A stretch of DNA of 63,858 bases, filler included, from Octopus bimaculoides (GCF_001194135.2; 9 parts of 8 records of this genome joined end to end with filler, not necessarily neighbours in it), one strand, 5' to 3'. Numbered from the whole stretch's first letter, positions 48,619 to 61,607 are shown. Translations and numbers: made by a program. The notes: a model not told the origin generated them from the sequence alone.

Positions 48619-50616
48619 ACAGAAACAGAGAGAGACAGAGAGAAAGACAGACAAAGAGAGAAAAACAGACAGACAGGCACACAGATAGACAGACAGAGGA
48701 AGGGAAAATTTATGTACATCAGGGGAAACAATCATTTTTATTTTCTTGTTTTTAAGTTGGAAAGGTTTCGTTTTCTCTCGGTGGGAAGAGATATAACCTA
48801 TGAGATGTAAACGGAGTTTTATTCTAATTTTTTTTTTTTTTTTTACATACGGGTAAAAAATTAAAAATTTTACAAAGTGATATACAGTCAATTATTCACC
48901 CTCTCATCCCCTACACACGCGTCACAGAGTAAAAGCAAGAAAAAAATGAAATCGATTCCAGTCAGATTTGAACCTAGAACGTAAATATATTTTCTACCAT
49001 TCCACCGCCTTTTGTTCTGTCGGAGTATAAAAGAGAGGCATTGTAAGTGAGAGATGTCAATCGTCTCAGTCAAAGCAAGTATTTCGTGGCCATCAACTTG
49101 TTTCTCTAATGTACTTTATATGTGGGTAATTGTGTGTATAATTAAGTTATTCCCTCTATTGTTTGAGAGCTGAACAACCCAGAATCGAAATATATATTAT
49201 AAATGAAACGAGTGATGTGTAAATAAGCCACATTATGAGCAAATACAATTATCTGAGCCGGAACAAATGTACAGGAAATAATATTTTGAGAAAGTCTATA
49301 ATGAGTCACCATTTCGTCCAAGAAATACCAAAATGTTGGCTACAGTGAATCATTCCTTCACTGAATTGTTCCAGAGCATACAAAAGAGAGAAGGAAAGAA
49401 AAATAACTAATCTTATTGTATCTTTAAATATGGCCAATGAATCAGTATTTTATATTCTATATTCACATTGTTGCTATTATTTATTTCTACGTCATTCCAA
49501 ATTAGTACACGTTCCATCTGTGCATATCTTCTGTTTTTCCCAAACATATTTCACCCAAGATCTCATTATCCAATATGTGTGTGTGTTACATTTCTAAGAC
49601 TGTAGGGTGTGATTTAAAGTAAATGCGGCTGCTGCTTCTAGTAGGTCGAGAAACCGAATAGAAACTCCCTCGGGCTGGACAGATGTGAGTGTCTGATTTC
49701 ATAAAAATATCAAGTGGGAGTAATGGGGTCGAGATAGTGACTTGTATGATAGCCAGTGAGAAATCTTGTCCGTAGTCAAAACACTTAACTCTCCAGAGCC
49801 GCCTACTTCCAGATTGTTCTCTGAATAATTATTGTTGCTTAACTCCAGATTACCCCCCGATTAAGTAGACTTACTATCAAGAGGTTTCCAGACATGATCA
49901 TTAAGTACTGCGTTATTCAATGTATCCAGCTTTATTCAAGACCGCATAGTTTAATGTAAGGGCGATTAGGCAGCTATTTCTCGTGAAACTGGCAATCAGG
50001 TGGAGCTACATTCCTTAGTAGATACCACAGATTAGGGATAAACAGCGGGAGCACAATGAAAACGACTGGTGGTGATTAATTCCTTGTGTTGCTGCGCTAC
50101 TGTGTTCATTTACTCATGCAGTGAAATGTCATCTGTGAGAAACTAGCTTCTTATCCAAATGCAAATGTTGGCATTCATTAACTTTACGTTACTACAATTC
50201 GAAATAAGCCCCAGCCCTATTTGCGAAAGCCTACGATTGTGGACAGAAATAAATTTGATCCACTTTACTGATTAACGATCTTGAAATATGGTTATGTTGG
50301 AGCACCGCTACTACATCATTCTTATGTTTGAAACATTGCATTAAAATTAGTTATGGATAAGTAAACTTCACAATCAGGATTAGATATCTTCTAAGCAACT
50401 GGGTTGTTATGGGCCACACAGGAGTTCAGACCTTTCTGGAAAGAAACTGATTCTACTATGCACCGAGATGAAAGTTTTACTGTAAAGCCTTTGTAATTCG
50501 ACAGCTTATGAAACTCACTAATATATTCTTTAATAAGAATCAAATTAGATAACCTCAGATTGATTAAGACTGTCGGAACCAATCACTCGCAATATATTCT
50601 TCATACTCCGGTAAAA

Positions 50617-50990
50617 GCCCAGTGGTTAGGACAGCCGACTCGCGGTCATAGGATCGCGGTTTCGATTCCCAGACCGGGCGTTGTGAGTGTTTATTGAGCG
50701 AAAACACGTAAGGCTCCACGAGGCTCCGGCAGGGGATGGTGGCGAACCCTGCTGTACTCTTTCACCACAACTTTCTCTCAGTCTTACTTCCTGTTTCTGT
50801 TGTGCCTGTAATTTAAAGGGTCAGCCTTGTCACACTGTGTCACGTTGAATATCCTCGAGAACTACGTTAACGGCACACGTGTCTGTGGAGTGCTCAGCCA
50901 CTCGCACGTTAATTTCACGAGCAGGCTGTTCCGTTGATCGGATCAACAGGAACCCTCGACGTCGTAAGCGACGGAGTACCAACAAACAAC
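50617..50990 (+). mobile_element. SINE family C
   Basis: Near-identical to 35420-35808. Confidence 0.93.
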
Positions 50991-51084
50991 ACTCTCCATC
51001 TTCAAATTAAAAAATATATATATATTATAAAAAAGATGATTACAAAAGCACTTTGCACTCAGGATGTAAAGATGCGAATCTAAA

Positions 51085-51285
51085 TAATGGCTTCAAATTC
51101 TGGTACACGGCCAGAAATTTCGGGATGGGGCGGAGTAAGTCGATTACATGGATCCCCATTACTCAATTGGTACTTACTTCATCGATCTCGAAAGGATGAA
51201 AGGCAAGGTCGACCTCAGCGGAATTTGAACTCAGACTAAGAATTTTGTCCGAAGTGCTAACGATTCTGTCAGCTAGCCGCCTTAC
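51085..51285 (-). mobile_element. SINE family B
   Basis: GAAAGGATGAAAGGCAAGGTCGACCTCAGCGGAATTTGAACTCAG. Confidence 0.85.
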
Positions 51286-51464
51286 GAAACTAAATAATAC
51301 TAGATATTTAGATGAATGGTCAACACGTAGTGACATGGCAGCAAACTTATTGGATTGGTGGATAAGATTTCTTACTATGGCAAGCAAACATTACCTTTGA
51401 TGAATTCAGCTGTTGATTAAGACCAACCTCAGTACTCCTTTGATATACCTATTTTATCGGAAGT

Positions 51465-51760
51465 GTGGAGGTGCAATGGCGCAGTGGTTAAGGCAGCGGA
51501 CTCGCGGTCGGAGGATCGCGGTTTCGATTCCCAGATCGGGCGTTGTGAATGTTTATTGAGTGAAAACACTTAAGCTCTACGAGGCTCCGGCAGGGGGTGG
51601 TGACGACCCCTGTTGTACTTTTTCGCCCCAACTTTCTCTCACTCTTTCTTCCTGTTTCTTGAGTAACGCTACGATGGACTGGCGTCCAGCTGGGAGGAAC
51701 ATATACGCCATGGAAACCGGGCCCATGAACCTGGCTAGGCTTTGAAAGGGCGACGTTTAT
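51465..51760 (+). mobile_element. Chimeric SINE: family C 5' half plus family D 3' module
   Basis: C sequence to CTTCCTGTTTCTTGAGTAA, then GCTACGATGGACTGGCGTCCAGCTGGG...CCTGGCTAGGCTTTGAAAGGG. Confidence 0.85.
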
Positions 51761-52114
51761 CGTTATTTTATCGTAAGTATATAGCCACATTTTCGAGAGG
51801 AAGATACAATAGATTATATCGTTTACTGTACTAGGCTGATACTGCTTTTATCACATCCCAAAACAATGGAAAAGTCGGTGGTGGTTGCACTTAAACTCAA
51901 AATGTTTGAGACTTAGTACTACTCGGTATTCTGTTTAACGTATTCACAATTGAACAAACCACAGACTTTATCATCCGACTACACTGCGTAACAACATTTT
52001 TATTTATTCATTTATTTGTCTGTAGTCAGTAAGTGTTATTTCCTATTTGCTTCTAACCCCTTCAATTTTTGCCTTTGTGAATCTGAATCTACATCAATAT
52101 TTTGAAACTGACTT

Positions 52115-52335
52115 ATTTTCCATCACATTTCAGACAGATTCAGTGCTGGGTTGCTGAAATAGGAATATCATTACAGCAAATATTCTGCTCAGTACCACAA
52201 ATTTGCTTGTTAGTTTGCTTGACCTTAACCACTTGAGCAGGTCCCTTAGTGGCTGACAATATGTGCATCTGTGATCACGAGCAGGAGTAGTAGAAGAGCA
52301 TCATAGCCATGTGTTGAGAGGGATTCTTTGTAGTT
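52115..52335 (+). mobile_element. Family F fragment
   Basis: GTCCCTTAGTGGCTGACAATATGTGCATC...GAGCATCATAGCCATGTGTTGAGAGGGATTC. Confidence 0.75.
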
Positions 52336-52433
52336 TGAATAAATATAACAAAAGCAAAGTTTGGAGGAAATATTAGCTATTTTCCATACTTTCTGGGGGG
52401 TAAGCAAGAAATAACAGTTGCTACTCAAAGACA

Positions 52434-52816
52434 GTAGAGGCGCAATAGCCCAGTGGTTAGGGCAGCGGACTCGCGGTCATAGGATCGCGGTTTCGATTCC
52501 AAGACCGGGCGTTGTGAGTGTTTATTGAGCGAAAACACCTAAAGCTCCACCAAGCTCCGGTAGGAGATGGTGGCGAACCCTGCTGTACTCTTTCACCACA
52601 ACTTTCTCTCACTCTTACTTCCTGTTTCTGTTGTGCCTGTAATTCAAAGGGCCAGCCTTGTCACACTGTGTCACGCTGAATATCCCCGAGAACTACGTTA
52701 AGGGTACACGTGTCTGTAGAGTGCTCAGCCACTTGCACGTTAATTTCACGAGCAGGCTGTTCCGTTGATCGGAACAACTGTAACCCTTGACGTCGTAAGC
52801 GACGGAGTGCCAACAA
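52434..52816 (+). mobile_element. SINE family C with 11-bp TSD
   Basis: TSD ACTCAAAGACA at 52423-52433 and 52817-52827. Confidence 0.95.
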
Positions 52817-53024
52817 ACTCAAAGACAAGAATCGTGTTACACAATGCTATTGCTGTTACAAATAGGAATTGTTTCTAGCATATGCGCAAGGGCCTGATAT
52901 CTGAAAGGAGTGACTTAGTCGATACCATTCGCCCTGATATTTGACTGGTACTTTATCCTAACGATTTTGGAGGAATAAAAAACAAAGTTAACCTCAGCGG
53001 GATTACTACTGCAACTACTAATCT

Positions 53025-53234
53025 CTTTTACTCTTTTACTTGTTTCAGTCATTTGACTGCGGCCATGCTGGAGCACCGACTTTGGTCGAGCAAATCGACC
53101 CCAGAGCTTATTCTTTGTAAGCCTAGTACTTATTCTATCGGTGTCTTTTGCCGAACCGCTAAATTACGGGGACGTAAACACACCAGCATTGGTTGTCAAG
53201 CAATGCTAAGGGGACAAACACAGACACACAAACA
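53025..53234 (-). mobile_element. SINE family A, 3' half (runs into a spacer gap)
   Basis: CTCTTTTACTCTTTTACTTGTTTCAGTCATTTGACTGCGGCCATGCTGG. Confidence 0.9.
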
Positions 53235-53334
53235 NNNNNNNNNNNNNNNNNNNNNNNNNNNNNNNNNNNNNNNNNNNNTTAATTAATTAANNNNNNNNNN
53301 NNNNNNNNNNNNNNNNNNNNNNNNNNNNNNNNNN

Positions 53335-53368
<34 letters not shown>

Positions 53369-54333
53369 AGTAGTGAAAAATATTTTCTCACTCACAGAAT
53401 TGTTCATTCAGTCACTTGAAGCACTTCAAATTTTCACCGGATTATTTTTTTAAATGTAGTTTTGCAAGCTGATGACGGGAGTTTTTGATTGTTTGTTTGT
53501 TTTGTTTTGGTTTGTTTTGTTTTTCCTATAAGCTACAAATAAAGAAATTACATCAGTTTGAAAGAAATCTGGTAGAAATTTGAAGTACTTCAAATCGTTC
53601 GAAAAATTTCACAAGACCCTGCTTCAATTTACAAATCCAGGAATTATATATATGTTTTCTCTTTTATTATCTACTTCTTTCAGTCATTGGACTGCAGCCA
53701 TACTGAGGCCTAAAGGATTTCGTCGAACAAATGGATCGCAATACTTATTTAATAACTTTGGTATTTATTCCATTGTTTTTTGGGGGTTTTTTTGCCGAAC
53801 CGCTAGAAGACAGTGACCTATGCAAACCAAAAACGGATGTCACGCGAAGCAGGGGATAAATACAGACACACGAACACACCCAATTATATGTAGCATGTAT
53901 GTATGGCATTTATATGTATATATGTGTGTGTATGCATGTATACACACATAGACACGCACACATATGTGTATGTATGCATGAATGTTTGTATGTATGTATG
54001 TATGTACGAATGCATGTACGAATGCATGCATGCATGTATGTATATACGTCATTATTCAGTTATATTTCAAGATTTCTTGCAAATAGGGCAAGAGCTGGTT
54101 TCTAACCTAGATCCAAAGCTTCCTCATTGGAATTTCAACATCAACAAGGTATTTTTGTATGTATGTATGTATGTATGTATGTATGTATGTATGTATGTAT
54201 ACGAGCAGATTTGTATGTTTTGCTTTATGTATGTCTTCTCATGCATATACTTACATATCTTTACATGTTCATATATACTTAAATGATAGGCTTTTGGGAA
54301 GTCTTAGAGATTTCTAGATTTCCATGTGCGTGC

Positions 54334-54364
<31 letters not shown>

Positions 54365-55209
54365 CGTATGTGCGCGCGCATGTGTATGCATACATACATA
54401 AATATAGAATTGGGCCATCATTTTATCAGTCTCATTAGTCAATACGCCGATGATTGGTAAGAGATAACATTGTTCTGTTGTAATATTGCTTGTTCGCTTA
54501 TGTCCAGCCGGTCAATGATGATATACTTTAAACGTCTGAGTCACCTTGTCGCAATACATGTTTTTATCACCATTGTTGTGATGTGCTTGTTGTGTTGTAC
54601 GGTAGTGTTATGAAATACTGGTGGCTGCGCAATTAATAATTGGAGCAAACTCTAGAGCCTTTAACTTTAATATTTATTACCGAACATGATATTTTGTGTT
54701 GGCTATTTACAAAGAAAGATGCCAATAATACAATTGCCGACTAGAAGAAGATATCAGGTATCAGTCTTTCAACATAGTTTTTTCTTCTTTTTTGTTCTTC
54801 CCTGTTCTATCCAACGAGTACCACGCACCTGTGATTTTTTTTCTTGCATTAGTACAAAATGACTATGGACTTGTTTTATATCCTAGTGTTGGATATATAA
54901 TTTAACGAAGCAGGGGTAAAGAAAGTATTCATATGATTACTGTTACACTACGATTACTGTTACACGAGGTTAAACGCTCTTAGTCAACGGCTCACAGTGA
55001 ACTGCTTACCATCAATTGCTCACAGTTCTTTATTTTATAGCAATGTGTCAGTCCACTTTTAGTCACTTTCAGAGCGGTCGGAATCCTTCCACAACATCTC
55101 TTCTGTTTAGAATTAGTCTCCCCAACTTCTCCCCTTTTGAGAATTAACTCCGCTTGAAGTGTTAATATCTTTTACGCTTAGGGTTCAATTCCAGTGTTTC
55201 CGTTCATTT

Positions 55210-57207
55210 CCGTGCTAGAACTTCAGGTAAAATCTTTTTTCAGTTTTGTCTTTTAATTTGTATGACGACTTATTTGTACTGGCGGAAAAACCATTCACAT
55301 TTTTACAGAAAAGATTTATGTGAAGGTACCATAAGTTAAATAATTCCATCCAGTCTGTTCCGAATAAATTTGTTGTATTATTCAACTCAAAAACTATGGT
55401 TTTTAAGGTTTTTTCACATGTAACGTCAGTTAACGTTTCACCCTTAAAATGTAATATTTTTTCACGAAACACCACAAGCACGTTTCTTTTAATCTAGGTC
55501 TCCCGATTTGTTTTCTCTGTGTTTTTGTATTAATAATCGAGTTATCTCTGCCCCTATTCAATTGTTACTGTACGTTTCTTACACAAATTTCCACTGAGGG
55601 TCGTTCATATTTCTTGTCACCGATAACCTGCTGATGAACCGTTTTTTTAGGTTTTGTTTTACAGTGTGATTTTTTATGGCCTATCTTACCACTTGAAGCA
55701 TTTTATATTTTTAAGGGGATAGTTACTTTTAAAATGTAGACCACTGCACCCATAACATGGTTCGATCCATTACCGGTCGACACGCATGAATACGAGAGCA
55801 ATCTTTTTCTTCGATTTTATCTGCGTCATGTCTTAGAATTATAATCCTCTGGCATTCTTCTGCTACTGCCTGTAGAATTAATTTTTAATCCTGTTCTAAT
55901 TTTGTTAATATCCAGGAACGTTGTTGTTGTTGGCACTCCGTCGCTTACGACGTCGAGGGTTCCAGTTGATCCGATCAACGGAACAGCCTGCTCGTGAAAT
56001 TAACGTGCATGTGGCTGAGCACTCCACAGACACGTGTACCCTTAACGTAGTTCTCGAGGATATTCAGCGTGACAGTCTGACAAGGCTGACCCTTTGAATT
56101 ACAGGCACAACAGAAACAGGAAGTAAGAGTGAGAGAAAGTTGTGGTGAAAGAGTACAGCAGGGTTCTCCACCATCCTCTGCCGGAGCCTCGTGGAACTTT
56201 AGGTGTTTTCGCTCAATAAACACTCACAATGCCCGATCTGGGAATCGAAACCGCGATCCTATGACCGCGATTCCGCTGCCCTAACCACTGGGCCATTGCG
56301 CCTCCCCAGGAACGTATATTTGTATCTTTGCTTGCAGTTAACCCTTCATCAAAAATTAGACATTTGTACATGTCCGGGATTAATTCATTTAATTTGAATT
56401 TTTCACACTCACTATTAATAACTCGGGCATACGTAACGAAATCTTCACCGTTTTTTTTGGGGGGTGGGGTTCACCAAATTTAAACATTGCCAGCAAGTAC
56501 TGAATAGGGAACTTCTTTCACTGAAAATTTTCGAGAAAAAATTAATTTTTTTATCGAAACAAATCTCACCAGTTTTCTTCGGCAGAATATAGTTACTATA
56601 TTTTTCGTGTTCGGCAGGGGATAACTTTCTTAAAAGTAGTCGTACTTTTTTTCACATAAGATTAATTTTTACATTCTTCTTTGAAGATTTCTTCGTATCT
56701 TCGAAAATATGCCGAGAAGGTAATCTCTTCATCTGGTTTATAACTTAATTCTTCAATTGAGTTTGCTACGCTGTCTGGTGAGAACGAACCTGAAGTATTT
56801 TCAGATTTCTTCAACATTAATTCTAGCAACTGTTGGTTTTGTTGTTGTTGCTGTTGTAGTTGTTGTTGTTACTGTTGTTGCTGCTGCCGTTACTGTTGCA
56901 ACTGCACCACATTCTCCATATTAAACGACTGTTTCTTTGGTTTCGTACCAAAAAAAAAGAAATTTACGTTCAACGCAAGCTTCAAACAACTCGTCACCAC
57001 TTCTATATCCTGGTGTTGGATATATATGTAGTGAAACTACCTACCGCCATTAGATACAAAACTGCTATCGCCATTCTTCTCATTTAAATATAAATAAATG
57101 CGAGCATAGTAGAGAACCCATTCCTTGTCATCACGTGACTGATCATTATTCGAATCGGCAACTTCTTCGAACCGTTCCCGCCAGAACGCAAACTGACCAA
57201 TCACGGC
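55210..57207 (-). mobile_element. Decayed Ty3/Gypsy LTR retrotransposon: 5' LTR remnant, PBS, gag, zinc knuckle, protease
   Basis: PBS-like TGGTGACGAG (56990-56999). Gag SVANSIEELSYKPDEEITFSAYFRRYEEIF...KLSPAEHEKYSNYILP...ECEKFKL...KCLIFDEGL; knuckle PCYGCSGLHFK; protease end NLFGTDWMELFNLW. Many stops. Confidence 0.88.
55922..56305 (-). mobile_element. SINE family C inserted in Gypsy gag, 10-bp TSD
   Basis: TSD CCAGGAACGT at 55912-55921 and 56306-56315; gag translation is continuous across the insertion. Confidence 0.95.
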
Positions 57208-57307
57208 NNNNNNNNNNNNNNNNNNNNNNNNNNNNNNNNNNNNNNNNNNNNTTAATTAATTAANNNNNNNNNNNNNNNNNNNNNNNNNNNNNNNNNNNNN
57301 NNNNNNN

Positions 57308-57600
57308 AATACAAACCCAAACTTAACCATTGCTAACACATTTAAATAAGGAAATTCATCACCCCACTGAGAAAAAAAGGAAAAAATATAGAACAAAACC
57401 ATGGTAAATTAATCAAATTCTACCACCTCCTAGATTTCGATTATCTCCCCTATACCGGAAGAAATCCCTAATCACCCCCCCCCTATCTAGAACTCTTCTT
57501 TTTGAGACTGGAGAGAACACGTTACAATGAAGTAGAGAAATTTGAAAGGACAACACGAAACCGGTTATTTCTCAAAATACAATGTTTATATACCAAAAAG
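57308..57600 (+). mobile_element. Probable PLE 3' end (GIY-YIG C-terminal tip, 3' UTR, hammerhead motif)
   Basis: Starts at the gap with a frame reading YKPKLN (cf. the PLE endonuclease terminal xKPxLN motif); hammerhead-like motif about 210 bp downstream. Confidence 0.5.
57535..57573 (+). ncRNA. Hammerhead-like motif with U3-A8 core variant
   Basis: GAGAAAT-TTGAAAG-GACAACAC-GAAAC-CG-GTT-ATTTCTC; perfect 7-bp stem I, palindromic ACCGGT stem III, stem II eroded, A9>G. Confidence 0.55.
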
Positions 57601-58129
57601 ATTTTATAACATTTTTGAAACATTTTTCTGACATAATTTAAATATATACTTTAACCATGTAACACAAGCATTCTGTAATTTTTTCACTCGTATTATCTTT
57701 TATATATATATATAATATAATATAGATACATATAATTTCGTTTTTTGTATGTAAATAATAAAGTAGTAAAACATATTTCCTTTTTTGTTTATATGCAAAC
57801 ACATTTATCTATTTTCGTATTTGCCTTTCGAATTGAAATTTAGACAACGCAAATTAGAAATGCTTCATGAAAACAAATCTATCTTCAGTAGAACTAGTAT
57901 TTTATCATTTTTGTCATCGTTATTAATCTAAAAATTTTCGAAGTGCATTTATATCAATATTATAATTTAACATATGTATACTTTGTATTTATTATATTTA
58001 AAATATATATATATGCATATCGAATCTGAATAAATGTGGAGAATAAACATAGCAAACTACAATGAATGAATAGTTGTGGTAGAAGACGTGGCAGAGAAGT
58101 CGCTGTTTTTGATTTATTATGTGAATATT

Positions 58130-59215
58130 CTTTTCTGCTCTAGGCACAAGACACGAACATTTTAGGTTTGCGACCCCGAAAGGATGAAAGGCAAAGTCGA
58201 CCTCGGCGGAATTTGAACTAAGAGCATAACGGCAGACGAAATACTGCTAAGCATTTCGTCCGGCGTGCTAATGTTTCTGCCAGCTTACTGCCTTATTGTC
58301 GTGCTAATATTATTCAACGTCGTATTAAACTTTACTTTTGAGGAAGGAAGTGTCGATAGATGGAAAGATAGGTAGAGAGAAATTCTCATAAATTCCTTCT
58401 TTGTGTTCTAAAGGAGAACTGCAAGTAGATGCAAATATGATTTGGTGAGTCTATGAGAGGTAAACCAACGTCGATATGGAATCAGACCGTCAGTATCTAG
58501 ACTCTGTATTGCTGATCGTATGAAAGAAGTTGTGTGTCTACTTCAAGTTGTTACTCTGCATAGCTTTTATATAGTCAACAGTACGGCCTTTAAAACTGCA
58601 AAACATTGTATAAAGTCGATATCTTGTAGGTAGCTCAATCTTTTGTGTCAAGTTATTAGTGTAATTTGGAAACAGGGAGTATACGTCCCTCTCTTTGTGT
58701 TACTGATGAAATATGCTGTAGTGAATGAGGGATGATGTAGGAGCTCACAGGTGTAACAATGTGAGATATATTCTTTTCTACCCTAGGCACAATGCCTGAA
58801 ATTTTGGAGGAGGAGGCTAGTTGATTAGATCGATCTCAGTACTCAACTGGTATTTAATTTATCGATCCAGGAAGGATGAAAGGCAAAGCCGACCTCGGCG
58901 GAATTTGAGCTCAAAACATCAAGATAGACGAACTACCACTAAGCATTTCGCCCGGCATGCTAACGTTTCTGCCTGCTCGCTGCCTTACGATTAGAGATAC
59001 ATTCTTTTCTCCTCTAAGCACAAGGTTCGAAAGTTTTGGTGATTGGTGGGGGAAGGGGAGTCGATTAGATAAACTCCAGTAACTAACTGATACTTAATTT
59101 ATCGACCCCGAAAGGATGAAAGGCAAAGTCTGCCTCGGCAGAATTTGAACTCAGAATGTAAAGACGGACGAAATACCGCCAAGCATTTCACCCAGCGTGC
59201 TAACGTTTCTGCAAG
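58130..59215 (-). mobile_element. Three SINE B copies (58130-58295, 58770-58987, 59005-59215)
   Basis: Each has GGATGAAAGGCAAAG...CCTCGGC.GAATTTGA and CGT/CATGCTAA..TTTCTGC. Confidence 0.88.
58414..58444 (+). other. Candidate micro-exon (31 bp)
   Basis: CCTTCTTTGTGTTCTAAAG acceptor, TTG|GTGAGT donor; open frame (G)ELQVDANMI. Confidence 0.3.
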
Positions 59216-59924
59216 AAGAGAGATATATTGAAAACTGAATGAATCTGTAGAGTTGTGGTTTTCGATTCATAAATCTCCTGCAAGTAGATGTCGCATCGGG
59301 CACGACCACGCAATGGCATAAGCGTAAACAAATCAGTTTGGTGTCGTATGTTGGTTGAATATCTACTGCAACTGAGATGAGAATAGTGAGAAAATGAGGG
59401 AGGCTGAAAGCCTATGAGCTGTCTTGATTTCTTAATAGAGTAGCAGTTTGGTTTTTCAGATTTAACTCCACATGTTAGTTGGATATGGCTGTCGATGTTG
59501 TGTATGTATATGTATGTGTATGTGCGTGTGTGAGTGATGCATGTGCGCATGAGTGTGCGCGTGTGTGTGTGTGTGAGAGAGATTTTGCGTAAGTATGTCT
59601 TTGTGCATGTGTGTGTGTGGGGGGTCGTGTCTGTGCCAATGTGACTCGATTCTACATTTGATTTGCAACAATTTTTATATCTCAATCAGCGTCCAAAACC
59701 AAGATGGAAATATCTGGAAAAACGTTATAATATAAAATCTATAAATACTCAATATTTGTTTTTCAACCTCTCCCTTCTAATTCTTTAGCAAATCTGACGT
59801 GAAATTTGCGTTTCCCTTCATTAACCTCTTAAGTTTTCAATGGATGACCAGTTCCACATTCAAATGTTTTACTCACAGTTTATAACACATCTGTTTTTCA
59901 TCTGATTGTTATTACATTTGTTAT

Positions 59925-60060
59925 TATTCCGCCGATGTCGACTTTGCCTGCCATCGTTTCGGGGTCGATAAATTAAGTACAAGTGAAACACTGGGTTCGA
60001 TGTACTCCACTAGTCCTTTCGAGAAAACTGTCAGTCTTTGATCTTTTAGTAGAAAGGATC
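59925..60060 (+). mobile_element. SINE family B, 5'-truncated
   Basis: TTCCGCCGATGTCGACTTTGCC...GGGGTCGATAAATTAAGTAC. Confidence 0.8.
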
Positions 60061-61026
60061 TTTTCATTCATTATTTATTTGTGATGCAGCAAACACGCAA
60101 GATGAGTTGATTACATGAGTTACATGTATTATCTGCGTGATATAATACGCCACGATCTTACGATCGTGATTTTGTTTCCCGGCGGCTTTTTGCCACCTTG
60201 AGCGCGACGACGTGTTTAACGTGGCTCTAGTCCATCCATAAAGCAAAATGGAGTTGTAACTGTTATTCAAGACCTCCACTCTTGACAGAATCTGGGTGAT
60301 GCAATCCTACTATAATTCCGGTGACGTCTCTTCTGTGTATTTACTTAAAAGCCTTCGATTTAACTGTTTCATTTATCTACACTGCGTTGTAAGATATAGA
60401 GTTTTCCGTTAAATTAAACGCGAACAATGTACGTTCCAAGTTTGGATTCGATAATTTCTTAGAGTCCATTATGCCAAAATATTCTGCTCAAATAATTATT
60501 GTTCATTCAATTTGAGCAAATGGGTATCTTCTCATGTGCAAGAATCTCCAAACTTGTACTTGTCTAAAATTTATTACGTTGCATTTAAACGTAAAAATCT
60601 TGAAAAATCCTCCGAAACGTAGGTCACATTTTTAGTTACAGGTCTGTAAGATTTTCAAATACAGATTAATTAGCAATTGATAGTAAAGTTTTTGTTTCAT
60701 TCTTTAATAAACCAGATTAATTTGGACCTGTTTGGAATGTATTCTGTTTATCTCTAAATGAACTCTAATGATTTGCCAGATACATACATAGACAAAAAGA
60801 TAGATAGATAGGCAGGTAGTCACAGGAATAGTGAATAAGACACGAATTCATTTTCAAAAATATAATGTGAATAAACAGTAAGTATTATCGGAAAATGGTA
60901 ACATTCGAATACATTAGCAGAATCAGTTGTGTTTAGGGAATTGAAACTGATTTTGAAAAATATTTAAAAATACTTTCCACATAGGCGCTGTCGCAGCAGA
61001 GTATTCTAACGCTAATTGCATTGACA

Positions 61027-61073
<47 letters not shown>

Positions 61074-61334
61074 ATTTAAGTCTCCTTCTACTCTCTCTCT
61101 CACTCTCTCTCTCTCTCTCTTTCTCTCCCTCTCCCTATATNNNNNNNNNNNNNNNNNNNNNNNNNNNNNNNNNNNNNNNNNNNNTTAATTAATTAANNNN
61201 NNNNNNNNNNNNNNNNNNNNNNNNNNNNNNNNNNNNNNNNTTCGCAAGGTTTTGCTTGGCCCAGGGCTATAGTAGAAGACATTTGCCCGTTCCGTAATCC
61301 ATGTGGTCACGATGCAGACTGCATAGCCACACCA

Positions 61335-61605
61335 GTGCCTGAAAATTTTGGCACAAGGCCCATAATTTTGCAAAGAGGGGAGTAAGTTGGTTATGTCAAC
61401 CCCAGCACAAGATGGCTACTTTATATCATTGACTCTGAAAGGATGAAAAGCAAAGCTGACGTTGTGGTGATTTGAACTTGGAATATAAAAACAGGTGAAA
61501 TGCCACTAAGCACGCTAAAGATTCTCCCAGCTTGCTGGTTTAATATTGGTTTCAGATTTCGAAACCAATGAAAGGCAAAGTCAACCTGGATGGAATTTGA
61601 ACTCA
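61335..61605 (-). mobile_element. Diverged SINE B copies
   Basis: GAAAGGATGAAAAGCAAAG and GAAAGGCAAAGTCAACC...GGAATTTGAACTC. Confidence 0.65.
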
Positions 61606-61607
61606 AT

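Noticed and set aside
54708-54752. MPIIQLPTRRRYQ|GTATCA as a coding exon
   Set aside because: Weak acceptor and donor, with no other support.
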